From positions 1-44,568 of the forward strand of contig CAXFSR010000008.1 in the NCBI GenBank assembly GCA_964005815.1: a DNA stretch of 44,568 nt, read 5' to 3'. The position numbers were made by a program, and so were the translations under genes. Every line of letters begins with the position of its first letter. The first letter of the stretch is position 1. This stretch comes from an uncultured Nitrospinaceae bacterium. Its GTDB lineage: Bacteria; UBA8248. Below, piece after piece: positions 18,229-27,491 of this stretch. The notes under the pieces are model-generated. The model did not search any database. It was not told the origin of the DNA and was given only the letters and a program-made list of their open reading frames with translations.

Positions 18229-20151
18229 ATGCAAACTCTTAGATTACAAGGGACTGATGGAGTCAGAGGATTTGTTTTTACTGAAGGTGATACGTTAAAT
18301 AATCCAAAAGGTCACCAAGAATTATTTTTTGAAAAGGGTTACTTGACGGAAAGATTTATAGAACATTATGTATTTGCCTGTTCTCGTTTTTTGCTTGAAA
18401 AATCATCTGAGAAATTAATTTCGCCCACAGCAATTGTTTTCGCAATGGATCCAAGAGATAGAAATGGATCTTTTTATGCTGCAGCAATGAGAGGATTGCA
18501 AAAATCTAATGCACACATTCTTTCTTTGTCTATTGCTCCTACTCCTGTAGCAGTTACATATGCAAATGCTGTTGGTGCAGCTGGTGCGATAATTCTTACT
18601 GCTTCCCATAACTCTTACAATCAAAATGGGGTGAAAGTCTTTATTTCTCCAGATTACCGCAAATTATTTCCACACGAAGAGGATAAATTAAATAAAATAT
18701 TCTGGGATATTTCTTGGAATGAGATTGATTCAATGCCTTTACATTCAGATTTTTTTGATTCTTCCTCTGAATCTAAAGAATTTTACAAACAACATATCCT
18801 AATTCGAACTAATTGTTGGTTAAAAGATTCTGATCTTAAAGATGTTTCTTTGATTATTGATAGTGCTTGTGGTTCTTGGAGTGGTCTTGCTATGGAAGTG
18901 ACTAGTGAATTGCAACCTTTCGAATGTATCGAAGTTAATACGTTGAAAGATGGTAATGTTAACGAAGGTGGAGGTGTGGTCGCTTTAGAGAATAAGCAAG
19001 CAATTTTTCTAAAAGAAAAAAAAATCATTAATACTCATGCGGGAATTAAATCGTTATTTGAGAATGGCAAGAAAAGAAAAGAAGAATTAATTCAGGGAAA
19101 AGGAATTGTTGCAGCAGGTATTTTTGATGCTGATGGAGACAGATCATATACTCTAATTTATAACCCATTTAATGATTCTTCCATCATCTTGAATGGAGAT
19201 TCATGTATTGTGCTGCAAGCTAATTTTCTTTCGATGGCGGGAGAACTAGACAGTAAAAAGATTGCAGCATTAACTATCGAGAGTAACATGGGTGCTGGAA
19301 AGTGTCTTTCTGAATTGGGGTTAGAAGTAGTTGTTACTCCAGTTGGAGATAAATGGATTTTAGAAAAGCCAAGTGAATACTCTGATGATTTCTTGATTGG
19401 TGGTGAAGAGTCCGGTCATACAATTGTGCGAAGCGTTCTTACTGATTCTTCTGGTTTCGTTCGTCATGTGTATATTGGAGATGGGTATAAAAGTTTTCTT
19501 AATACAGTTGCATCTCTTTTAGCAATCAAACGTACTAAAGGTGTAGAGGAGTTTTATGAGTTTCTCAAATTTCCTTTTGAAAGAGAGTATAAATCAACAT
19601 ACAGTATCTTTTATGTGAATAAAGAAAATTTACTTCTAAGTTCTGGGATGCGGAAGTTGGTGTCTGATTCTCTTGAAGAATGCATTCTTGAATTATTTCC
19701 TTCGGATTTTGTCATTGAATGGAAAAATTTCAAGAACTGTGAAGATATCCTTTATGTTAATATCCTAGATTCAGATAACAATGTAAGATCTACAATTTAT
19801 ATACGTAATTCTGGAACTGAAGATAAGACAAGTTTAGTTATGAAAGCGGATTTCGAAAAACAGAATTTAATGAAGGAAATCTTTGATTCTTTTTTCCCTT
19901 TGATGTTTTCGTCTCTGAAAAATAAGGATAATAGTTTTTGTAGGATTGAGAAAATTTTTCTTGAAATGGTTGATAAAGGTATTTTCTCTAAAGATAAAAT
20001 GGTTGAAAAGATAGATAGATCGATCTTGGAAGTAATAGATTTGAAACAAATATATCAAAATGCGATAAACGGAGGATTAGTTCAGTCTAAAGAGGATGAA
20101 TTTATTCTCACTGAATTAGGAAAATCTTTCTTGGAGAAATTTTATGTCTAA
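18229..20151 (+). CDS. Divergent alpha-D-phosphohexomutase, probable phosphoglucosamine mutase (GlmM-like), with a C-terminal extension
   Basis: GTDGVRG, TASHN (phospho-Ser), DADGDR (metal loop), PVGDK, GGEESGH, RNSGTE; lies immediately after glmS. Confidence 0.8.
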   Translation: MQTLRLQGTDGVRGFVFTEGDTLNNPKGHQELFFEKGYLTERFIEHYVFACSRFLLEKSSEKLISPTAIVFAMDPRDRNGSFYAAAMRGLQKSNAHILSLSIAPTPVAVTYANAVGAAGAIILTASHNSYNQNGVKVFISPDYRKLFPHEEDKLNKIFWDISWNEIDSMPLHSDFFDSSSESKEFYKQHILIRTNCWLKDSDLKDVSLIIDSACGSWSGLAMEVTSELQPFECIEVNTLKDGNVNEGGGVVALENKQAIFLKEKKIINTHAGIKSLFENGKKRKEELIQGKGIVAAGIFDADGDRSYTLIYNPFNDSSIILNGDSCIVLQANFLSMAGELDSKKIAALTIESNMGAGKCLSELGLEVVVTPVGDKWILEKPSEYSDDFLIGGEESGHTIVRSVLTDSSGFVRHVYIGDGYKSFLNTVASLLAIKRTKGVEEFYEFLKFPFEREYKSTYSIFYVNKENLLLSSGMRKLVSDSLEECILELFPSDFVIEWKNFKNCEDILYVNILDSDNNVRSTIYIRNSGTEDKTSLVMKADFEKQNLMKEIFDSFFPLMFSSLKNKDNSFCRIEKIFLEMVDKGIFSKDKMVEKIDRSILEVIDLKQIYQNAINGGLVQSKEDEFILTELGKSFLEKFYV

Positions 20152-20923
20152 TGTTCTTCCTAGAGACTATTTTGTTGATTTAAAACAATTTCCAAATAAC
20201 GATGTAAGTTTTGTTTGGGAAATAATTGGTTCATTAAATGAAAACTTAATTTCACTTGTCCAGAGTGCCGTTCTTCCTGAAGGAGACAAGGTAGACATTC
20301 AAGGGTTACAAGTAAATGGTTATGGGATAGTTAGTACTGATACTTTTGTTTCTGCGAATTCTTTTAAGATCTCTTCACTCAATATTTTAATTGAAGAAGG
20401 AGTTGAAATTGAGCCGGGAGTTTTTATTAAGGGCCCTTGTAAATTGTCTGAAGGATGTAAAATTCGACATGGTGCATATCTTAGAGAATCTTGTTTAATT
20501 GGGGAGAAATCTGTGGTTGGTCATGTTACAGAAGTAAAAAATAGTATCTTTTTGAAAGGTTCAGAAGCAGGGCACTTCGCATATGTGGGAGATAGCATTT
20601 TAGGTGCTCTTTCAAATTTAGGTGCTGGTACAAAATTGGCTAATTTAGAATTTAGAACTCAAGAAGAAAAAGAAAAAAGATTTGCTAAAACTATAAAAAT
20701 CCCTTTTGACGGAAAAGAATTTGATACTGGATTGAGAAAATTAGGTGCAATTATAGGAGATGGAGTGGAAGTGGGTTGTAATGTTGTTACTTCTCCAGGC
20801 ACTTTGATTGGACGGGGATGTTGGATTACTCCTAATACGAGCGTTAAAAAAGGTATTTATGGAGAACGTAAAATCATACGTTCTAGATATAATAAAGCAG
20901 TGGAATCAGATATTAGATTCTAG
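20144..20923 (+). CDS. Stand-alone hexapeptide (LbH) acetyltransferase, GlmU C-terminal-like
   Basis: IRHGAYLR, EVKNSI, HFAYVGDSILG, NLGAGTKLAN, DTGLRKLGAIIGD. Confidence 0.82.
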   Translation: MSNVLPRDYFVDLKQFPNNDVSFVWEIIGSLNENLISLVQSAVLPEGDKVDIQGLQVNGYGIVSTDTFVSANSFKISSLNILIEEGVEIEPGVFIKGPCKLSEGCKIRHGAYLRESCLIGEKSVVGHVTEVKNSIFLKGSEAGHFAYVGDSILGALSNLGAGTKLANLEFRTQEEKEKRFAKTIKIPFDGKEFDTGLRKLGAIIGDGVEVGCNVVTSPGTLIGRGCWITPNTSVKKGIYGERKIIRSRYNKAVESDIRF

Positions 20924-21007
20924 TGTTTTATTTACTTTTTCGATTTAAAACCTTATGATTGCGCTGTGTGTTTTTGTGGTTTTAACTTAATTTTTTATAG
21001 GTATAAG

Positions 21008-21292
21008 ATGTCAATTTCTTCTGATGATGTAGTTCATGTGTCTCGTTTGGCTAGACTTGACTTTAAAGAGAATGAATATGGAGAGATCACAGAGCAGTTA
21101 GGTTCAATCTTAAATTATATTTCTAGTTTAAATGAGTTAGATACAACAAATGTTCCTCCTACTTCTCATGTTCTAAATATTAAAAATGTTCTTAGAGAAG
21201 ATATAGTCGATGAACCAAAAGTTGACAAATTAGAAGAATTAGCTCCAGAGTTTAAAAATAACTGTTTCCTTGTACCAAAAGTTTTAGACTAG
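21008..21292 (+). CDS. gatC: Asp-tRNA(Asn)/Glu-tRNA(Gln) amidotransferase subunit C
   Basis: DVVHVSRLARL, ILNYISSLNELDT, NVLRED, APE...FLVPKV. Start moved to ATG 21008 (SD aggt). Confidence 0.92.
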   Translation: MSISSDDVVHVSRLARLDFKENEYGEITEQLGSILNYISSLNELDTTNVPPTSHVLNIKNVLREDIVDEPKVDKLEELAPEFKNNCFLVPKVLD

Positions 21293-21302
21293 AAATTCTA
21301 TT

Positions 21303-22760
21303 ATGGTATATTCTGCTTTATCAGAATTCGTTGAAAGACTAGAGAATGCAAATGATTTGAAACGCATTTCTGTTCCTGTTTCAGTTGAGCTTGAGATTAC
21401 TGAAATTGCAGACAGAAATGTAAAATCCTCTGGTCCTGCCTTGCTTTTCGAGAAACCAGTAGACAAAAATGGAAATGTTTTTGATATCCCGGTTTTAATT
21501 AATGCATATGCTTCTGATGAACGTATGAATAAAGCACTGGGTGTTGAAAGTTTGGATGAAGTTGCAGACGAAATCGCAGATTTGTTAGAGATTAAACCAC
21601 CCGAAGGATTAGTTGAAAAAGTAAAAATGTTACCTAAGTTGGCAAGAATTAGTTCATTTTCTCCAAAGAACGTAGGTACTGCTCCCTGTCAGCAATATAT
21701 TGAAACAGACAATCCAGATCTATTTTCTATTCCTGCTTTAAAATGTTGGCCTGATGATGGTGGTCGTTACATTACTTTTGGACATATTTATTCTAGAAAT
21801 CCTGTGTCTAATAGGAGGAATGTAGGTCTCTATAGAGTACAGATTTTTGATTCTAAGACTGCAGGAATGCATATGCATTTACATCATGATGGAGCTCAGA
21901 ACTTCCTAGCTAGTTCACAAGAAGGAAAAAAAATGGAAATGGCAATTGCACTAGGAGGTGACCCAGTCCTCGTTTATGCTGCGAGTGCTCCTCTCCCTCC
22001 TGGTATTGATGAGTTGAGTTTAGCTGGGTTTCTTAGAAGGAAAAGTGTGGAACTTGTAAAGTGTAAAACTGTAGATGTAGAAGTTCCTGCTAGTTCAGAT
22101 ATTGTGATTGAAGGTTATCTTAACCCCGGAGAATTGCGTGAGGAAGGGCCTTTTGGTGATCATACAGGATGGTATTCATTAGAAGATGATTATCCAGTTT
22201 TTCATGTTACTGCAATTACCCGAAAGAAAAATCCAATTTATCCAACTACTATAGTCGGTAAGCCTCCAATGGAAGATTATTGGTTAGGCAAAGCATCCGG
22301 TAGAATTTTTCTTCCTCTAATGAAAATGCAATTGCCTGAGATAGTAGACGTGCATATGCCTTCGGAAGGGGTATTCCATAATATGGTGATAGTGTCTATT
22401 AAAAAATCTTATCCATATCATGCGCGTAAAGTTATGGCTGCTTTATGGGGTATGGGCCAAATGTCTTTGTCAAAAATTCTGGTCATTGTAGACGATGACA
22501 TTAATGTTCATGATACTAGTGAAGTTGCATGGAAAGTACTTGGAAGCATTGATCCAAGAAGAGATTTAATGTTTGTTGATGGCCCGGTAGACGCCTTGGA
22601 ACATGCCTCTAGTATGCCACATATAGGGAGTAAGGTAGGGATTGATGGAACGAAAAAATGGAAAGAAGAAGGTTTTGATAGAAGATGGCCGGATGTGATT
22701 ACTATGGATGAAGATATTATTTCTTTGGTTTCTCAAAGATGGAAAGAATATGGATTTTAA
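21303..22760 (+). CDS. mqnL: UbiD-family (prFMN-dependent) decarboxylase, menaquinone futalosine-pathway type
   Basis: LEITEIADR, GPALLFE, CWPDDGGRYIT, NVGLYR, EGPFGDHTG, VGKPPMED; precedes a UbiA homolog and menG. Confidence 0.82.
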   Translation: MVYSALSEFVERLENANDLKRISVPVSVELEITEIADRNVKSSGPALLFEKPVDKNGNVFDIPVLINAYASDERMNKALGVESLDEVADEIADLLEIKPPEGLVEKVKMLPKLARISSFSPKNVGTAPCQQYIETDNPDLFSIPALKCWPDDGGRYITFGHIYSRNPVSNRRNVGLYRVQIFDSKTAGMHMHLHHDGAQNFLASSQEGKKMEMAIALGGDPVLVYAASAPLPPGIDELSLAGFLRRKSVELVKCKTVDVEVPASSDIVIEGYLNPGELREEGPFGDHTGWYSLEDDYPVFHVTAITRKKNPIYPTTIVGKPPMEDYWLGKASGRIFLPLMKMQLPEIVDVHMPSEGVFHNMVIVSIKKSYPYHARKVMAALWGMGQMSLSKILVIVDDDINVHDTSEVAWKVLGSIDPRRDLMFVDGPVDALEHASSMPHIGSKVGIDGTKKWKEEGFDRRWPDVITMDEDIISLVSQRWKEYGF

Positions 22761-22781
22761 GAATTTTGAGGAGTTACTTTC

Positions 22782-23633
22782 TTGAATCTAAAGAAATATC
22801 TAGAGATGGTAAAGTTTGAACACACCATTTTTGGATTGCCTTTTGTGTTACTTGGCGCTGTTCTTGCGGCAGATGGAATCCCTGATTTAAGTGTTTTATT
22901 TTGGATGATAGTGGCCGTTGTTGGTGCGAGGAACTTTGCCATGGTTCTGAATCGTTTTGCTGACCGAAAGATAGATTTCAAAAATCCAAGAACTCAAGAT
23001 CGGTCTATTTTTCTACCTCTTTTAAATTCTTTTTATGTTTGGCCTGTTATGGGTTTTTTCTTGTTTTTATTTTTTTTTTCTTCTTGGATGTTAAATAACC
23101 TTTCGTTTTATCTTTCTTTTCTAGTTTTTTTTGTGATTGTAATATATAGCTATTCAAAACGGTTCACGTCATTTACACATCTTTTTCTTGGTTTTGTACT
23201 TGGTAGTGCGCCGGCAGGAGCTTGGATTGCAGTTCGAGGGGAGTTAGAAATTGCGCCTTTTTTCCTCTTTTTAGCAGTCTTATTTTGGGTTGCTGGTTTT
23301 GATCTTATTTACTCATGTGTAGATGAAGAATTTGACAAACAAGAGGGTCTATTCTCTATTCCTGTCTTCCTAGGAATAAAAAATTCCCTCCTAATCTCCA
23401 TTTTTATGCATGTCCTTTCAGTAGTTTTTTTTGTTCTTGCTGGTAAGATTCTAGAAATGGAAATTTTGTATTGGATTGGATTAGTCGTCGCGTCTTTTCT
23501 GCTAGTTTGGGAACATTTTATTGTCAAACCAAATGATTTGACTAAAGTGAATATTTCTTTTTTTAATCTTAACGCACTAGTTTCCGTATTTATATCTTTA
23601 GGTGGAATATCAGATGTTTTCTTACGTTTCTGA
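22782..23633 (+). CDS. mqnP: UbiA-family prenyltransferase, futalosine-pathway type
   Basis: KFEHTIFGLPF, NRFADRKIDFKNPRT, YSYSKRFT, WVAGFDLIYSCVD, FFNLN. TTG start with SD gaggag. Confidence 0.82.
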   Translation: MNLKKYLEMVKFEHTIFGLPFVLLGAVLAADGIPDLSVLFWMIVAVVGARNFAMVLNRFADRKIDFKNPRTQDRSIFLPLLNSFYVWPVMGFFLFLFFFSSWMLNNLSFYLSFLVFFVIVIYSYSKRFTSFTHLFLGFVLGSAPAGAWIAVRGELEIAPFFLFLAVLFWVAGFDLIYSCVDEEFDKQEGLFSIPVFLGIKNSLLISIFMHVLSVVFFVLAGKILEMEILYWIGLVVASFLLVWEHFIVKPNDLTKVNISFFNLNALVSVFISLGGISDVFLRF

Positions 23634-23644
23634 AAGGATTATTT

Positions 23645-24367
23645 TTGTCACCTGTAATTGAACGAAAAAAAGTAAAAGAGATGTTCTCAAACATTGCCCC
23701 CACATATGATCTCCTTAATCACTCTCTAAGCTTTGGTTTAGATTTCTACTGGAGAAAGAGAGCAGTTCGACTATTATTTGAAAATTCTATCTCTTCTCCT
23801 GTTTTTTTAGATATAGCCACAGGTACTGGTGATGTAGTTTTGGAAATATTCAGACAATCGAAATTCAAAATAAATAAGTCAAATGTTAGAGTTTATGGCT
23901 TGGATTTTGCGTTCCCAATGCTAGGTATTGGAAAATCAAAAATTGTCAAGAGATTGATAGATTGTGATTTTATCCAAGGTGATGCACTTTCTCTTCCATT
24001 CCAGAATGCATCTTTCGATGGAATTATTATTTCTTTTGGATTTAGAAATTTTGAGTCTCGTGGAGAAGGACTAGCGGAAATTTCTAGAGTTATAAGGCCT
24101 GGTGGAAAGATTGTTATTTTAGAGTTTGGTAATCCTGTAGGTATTTGGGGTGTAGGATTTAATTTTTATTTTAAATGTATACTTCCAATGTTGGGGAGAA
24201 TTTTCTCTGGCCATCGGGAAGCTTATAGTTATTTGCCAGCTACAGTTTCTGAATTTCTTTCGCCTGATGAAACCAAAAATCTTATAAATCAGTACAATTT
24301 TGAAGACGTCAACGTGCATTCAATGACAGGTGGAGTTGTAAATATTTTTGTTGGGACACGAACTTAA
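23645..24367 (+). CDS. menG: Demethylmenaquinone methyltransferase (UbiE/MenG)
   Basis: MFSNIAPTYDLLNHSLSFG, LDIATGTGD, GDALSLPF, FGFRN, AYSYLP. Confidence 0.92.
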   Translation: MSPVIERKKVKEMFSNIAPTYDLLNHSLSFGLDFYWRKRAVRLLFENSISSPVFLDIATGTGDVVLEIFRQSKFKINKSNVRVYGLDFAFPMLGIGKSKIVKRLIDCDFIQGDALSLPFQNASFDGIIISFGFRNFESRGEGLAEISRVIRPGGKIVILEFGNPVGIWGVGFNFYFKCILPMLGRIFSGHREAYSYLPATVSEFLSPDETKNLINQYNFEDVNVHSMTGGVVNIFVGTRT

Positions 24368-24379
24368 TTGTATCTTTAG

Positions 24380-25576
24380 TTAATTTTTACTCAGGATAAA
24401 GACGCTTGATACGGCACCTGGTCCCCCTAATGTATGACCTAGTGCCTTCTTTGCATTTTTAACTTGTCTGTCACCACAGCGACCAAGAAGTTGATTAGAT
24501 AAGTCACCCAAAACACGTGCACCCGTTGCTCCTATTGGATGCCCACAGCTTTTCAATCCGCCAGATGTGTTGACAGGCAATTGTCCTCCTAGTTTGCTTG
24601 ATCCACTTTTTACAAAATCGGGACCTTCTCCTTTCTTAACAAATCCTAAATCTTCATAATTTAAAATTTCAGTTATGGTGAAACAATCGTGCACTTCCGC
24701 GACATCTATTTCTTCTAAAGGATTTTCAATACCAGCTTGTTCATATGCCTGCTTGGATGCATGTTGAGTAGCTTCAAATCCAGTGAATTTAAATTTTGGA
24801 TTAAAAGCTGTAGTAATGTATCCCGTAGCACAAGAAAGACCCATTCCATCTATAAGAACATAGTCTTTTTTGCTAAATCTTTTTTCAGCTAGCTCTGCTT
24901 TACATAGGATTAAAGCGGCCGCACCATCGGTTGTAGGACAACAGTCATATAATCCTAGAGGTTCAGTTACCGGTGGTGCTTTTAATACCTGTTCTTTTGT
25001 TATTTCTTTTCTGAAATGGGCCCTAGGATTTAATGACCCATGATAGTGATTTTTAACGGCTACTTCTGCAAGATCTTCTTTTGTAGCGCCATATTCTTCA
25101 AAGTATCTTGTTGCTAAAATCGCAAAACTTCCTGGTGCAGTTCGCCCCTTGGAATACATGGGATGTAATTTCTCAATATGTTGGGCAACTAAACTGCCTC
25201 TAGGAGGAACTTCTCTCATTTTTTCTGCACCCACAGCGAGTACAACATCATGCATGCCAGATGCGACTGCCATTGCAGCCATTCGGACTGCTTCCATTCC
25301 AGTAGTACAATAATTAGATACTCTAGAAACAGGTTTAGGATAGAGATCTAAAGCTTCAGCAAGAGAGGGTCCTCCGGTACCATCAAATCCCCAACCGAGT
25401 GGTAGATAAGTCCCCAACCAAGCTGCTTCAATTTCCTCTGGATTAATTCCAGAGTCTTCATATGCTTCAAAAGCTGCATCAACCACGAGGTCATTGTAGC
25501 TTTTATTGAAAAGCTCTCCGAATTTTGTTATTCCTACTCCAATAATGGCAACTTTACCTGAAATACTTTCTGACAT
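24380..25576 (-). CDS. Thiolase (SCP2/archaeal-type), second paralog
   Basis: NYCTTG (catalytic Cys), DCCPTTDGAA, EVHDCFT, GHPIGATG, HTLGG. Confidence 0.9.
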   Translation of the reverse strand: MSESISGKVAIIGVGITKFGELFNKSYNDLVVDAAFEAYEDSGINPEEIEAAWLGTYLPLGWGFDGTGGPSLAEALDLYPKPVSRVSNYCTTGMEAVRMAAMAVASGMHDVVLAVGAEKMREVPPRGSLVAQHIEKLHPMYSKGRTAPGSFAILATRYFEEYGATKEDLAEVAVKNHYHGSLNPRAHFRKEITKEQVLKAPPVTEPLGLYDCCPTTDGAAALILCKAELAEKRFSKKDYVLIDGMGLSCATGYITTAFNPKFKFTGFEATQHASKQAYEQAGIENPLEEIDVAEVHDCFTITEILNYEDLGFVKKGEGPDFVKSGSSKLGGQLPVNTSGGLKSCGHPIGATGARVLGDLSNQLLGRCGDRQVKNAKKALGHTLGGPGAVSSVFILSKN

Positions 25577-25608
25577 TTTTGAACTCCCATTTATTGGCTA
25601 TCTAAGAT

Positions 25609-27009
25609 TTATAATGGCCTGAACTTCCAAAAGTAATTATAAAACCCATCTCCCTTATGTAACATTCGGAAGGTTAATTCAACTTCCATCCCTATTTTAA
25701 CGCTTTCTTTATTGCATTCGGTAAGTTGTGCATAAAATCTACCTCCCCCTTCCATATCTGCGGTTGCCATAGTTATATATCCATCAGGTGATGGAGGGAG
25801 ATAATCATGAACAAATGTAAATATTTTTCCTCGTCTTGGCAATTTAACTTCATCCCATTGGTCACGAGTTCCACATCCGTTACAAACTTGTTGTCTAGGA
25901 TATTGTATTTCAGAACAAACTTTACACTTGCCGGCTAAAAGTCTCATATTTGCGCGATTTTCTTTCCATAGAATACTGGGAGATGTAAAGGGACTAATTT
26001 CTTCCTCAAAATTAATTCCGAAGTTATTTAAAATTTTTCCATAATTCTCTAATGAAATTTGTTTCTGGAGGGCTTTTTCTAAATCATTTTCGAAGTCAAA
26101 ATTAGAAATATGTTCGGTTGCACGAAGTAAAATTGCATCTCCACCGCTTCCATGCCCGGTTACGATAATATATTCTCCCGGCTTAGCTTTTTTTAATGTT
26201 TCTATCAATGAAATAAAAGGCATCACAGTTCCTGCATCTCCAATTCTTTCAACTACTGGTGATTCAAGATAGGTAGATTCAGGGAAGCCGAGCTTTTTGT
26301 TGATTGCTCTACTCGTTCTGGAATCAGGGGAATAAAAAACTACATGAGCAATATCTTCTGGTGTAGCTCCTGTTTTTTTTAGAAGTCCTTCTACAGTAGA
26401 TACTGTTTGACGGATGTAACCATAATCTTGAATAAATTTTGCGTCTCCAGATGATATGCTTGTTTCTCCGGGTAGTCTCCAACGATCAACGAAATCCTCT
26501 GACCAAGAATAGAAATTTTCAATTTCAGCAATTACTTTCTCTCCATCACCAATGAAAAGCACAGCGGAACAATCACATAAAGACAATTCATCTGGACTTC
26601 CAGGATATGACGGTCTTGATTCTGATGCGACAACCGCAGCAGATTTAATAGTTCCTGCTTTGATAGATTCTGCTGCGCTCTTGAGGGCTGTAGTGGAAGA
26701 ACGTAGTGATCCTGAAAATTCAGCAGTAAAAATATCACTTTTAAGATCGGCAGCTTCTGCAACTATAGATGCGTTTGATTTCTCTGTATAAGGAAAACTT
26801 GTTGAAGCATAATATAGAGCATCTACATCTATTTCTCCCCAAGTTGAATCTCTTAAAATTGATTCTACAGCCATAGTATTAGTATCTTCGTCAAAAGACA
26901 TTATTGGTCTAGATGCTTTTTTATTACCTCTTCCCCAAACAGAGGAGATTAAGTCTCCGTTTAATCGATATGGAGGTATATAAATTTTAAAATCTGTTAT
27001 TCCGGCCAT
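25609..27009 (-). CDS. HMG-CoA synthase/KAS III-like domain fused to a DUF35 zinc-ribbon/OB-fold
   Basis: GI..F..YIPPYRL, DEDTNTMAVE, FPYTEKSNA, RIGDAG, GHGSGGDA, then CKVC...CNGC, GKIFTF, IGMEVELTFR, YFWK. Confidence 0.85.
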   Translation of the reverse strand: MAGITDFKIYIPPYRLNGDLISSVWGRGNKKASRPIMSFDEDTNTMAVESILRDSTWGEIDVDALYYASTSFPYTEKSNASIVAEAADLKSDIFTAEFSGSLRSSTTALKSAAESIKAGTIKSAAVVASESRPSYPGSPDELSLCDCSAVLFIGDGEKVIAEIENFYSWSEDFVDRWRLPGETSISSGDAKFIQDYGYIRQTVSTVEGLLKKTGATPEDIAHVVFYSPDSRTSRAINKKLGFPESTYLESPVVERIGDAGTVMPFISLIETLKKAKPGEYIIVTGHGSGGDAILLRATEHISNFDFENDLEKALQKQISLENYGKILNNFGINFEEEISPFTSPSILWKENRANMRLLAGKCKVCSEIQYPRQQVCNGCGTRDQWDEVKLPRRGKIFTFVHDYLPPSPDGYITMATADMEGGGRFYAQLTECNKESVKIGMEVELTFRMLHKGDGFYNYFWKFRPL

Positions 27010-27228
27010 GGGAACTCCAATTCCTTTTTAAAACAGTATCTATTGATTTGGTATTATTTAAAGATTTTCATTTAATAAAATTGAAAAATATATTGTTTCT
27101 ATTCTATGTCTAATCAGGAATTATTAAAATTCATGATTTGAAAAATTATTTTCTATGGATCAGAATATTATTGTTCTTATAAATTGTACACATACTTAAT
27201 TTCTAAAAAAAGTTGGAGCAAATTTGGA

Positions 27229-27465
27229 ATGAAACTTCATATTGAATTTTGTGAAAGATGAAACTATAGGCCTCAATTTGAGCAGTTGGCTCAGTCTCTT
27301 AAAAATGAATTTCCAGATTTAGAAGTGGCAGGAAACAAAGATGGAGAATTTCGTGTAGGTTCTTTTGAAATAACAATTGGAGGGAAAATAATTTTTTCAA
27401 TGTTAAAAGAAAATCGATTTCCTGAAGATGAAGAGGTTATTAGTTTGTTAAAAGACTTTTTGTAA
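27229..27465 (+). CDS. SelW/Rdx-family selenoprotein, 78 aa, with in-frame TGA (Sec) at 27259-27261; not in the ORF track
   Basis: Translation MKLHIEFCER(U)NYRPQFEQLAQSLKNEFPDLEVAGNKDGEFRVGSFEITIGGKIIFSMLKENRFPEDEEVISLLKDFL*. It has CxxU, GSFEI, IFS and RFP motifs, SD ggag at 27215-27218, and a SECIS-like hairpin after the TGA. Confidence 0.9.
27268..27297 (+). promoter_or_regulatory. Putative bacterial SECIS element
   Basis: Upper stem UGAGC(27279-83)/GCUCA(27289-93), loop AGUUG with G at the second position, starting 23 nt after the UGA. Possible lower stem AGGC(27268-71)/GUCU(27294-97). Confidence 0.7.
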
Positions 27466-27491
27466 AATCTTTTTTCTCTTAGGAGTTTCTT

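Noticed and set aside
27259..27261. TGA read as a pseudogene lesion or as genetic code 4/25 reassignment
   Set aside because: TGA ends several normal genes in this window, and this one falls exactly at the second position of CxxC/U with a SECIS-like hairpin behind it.
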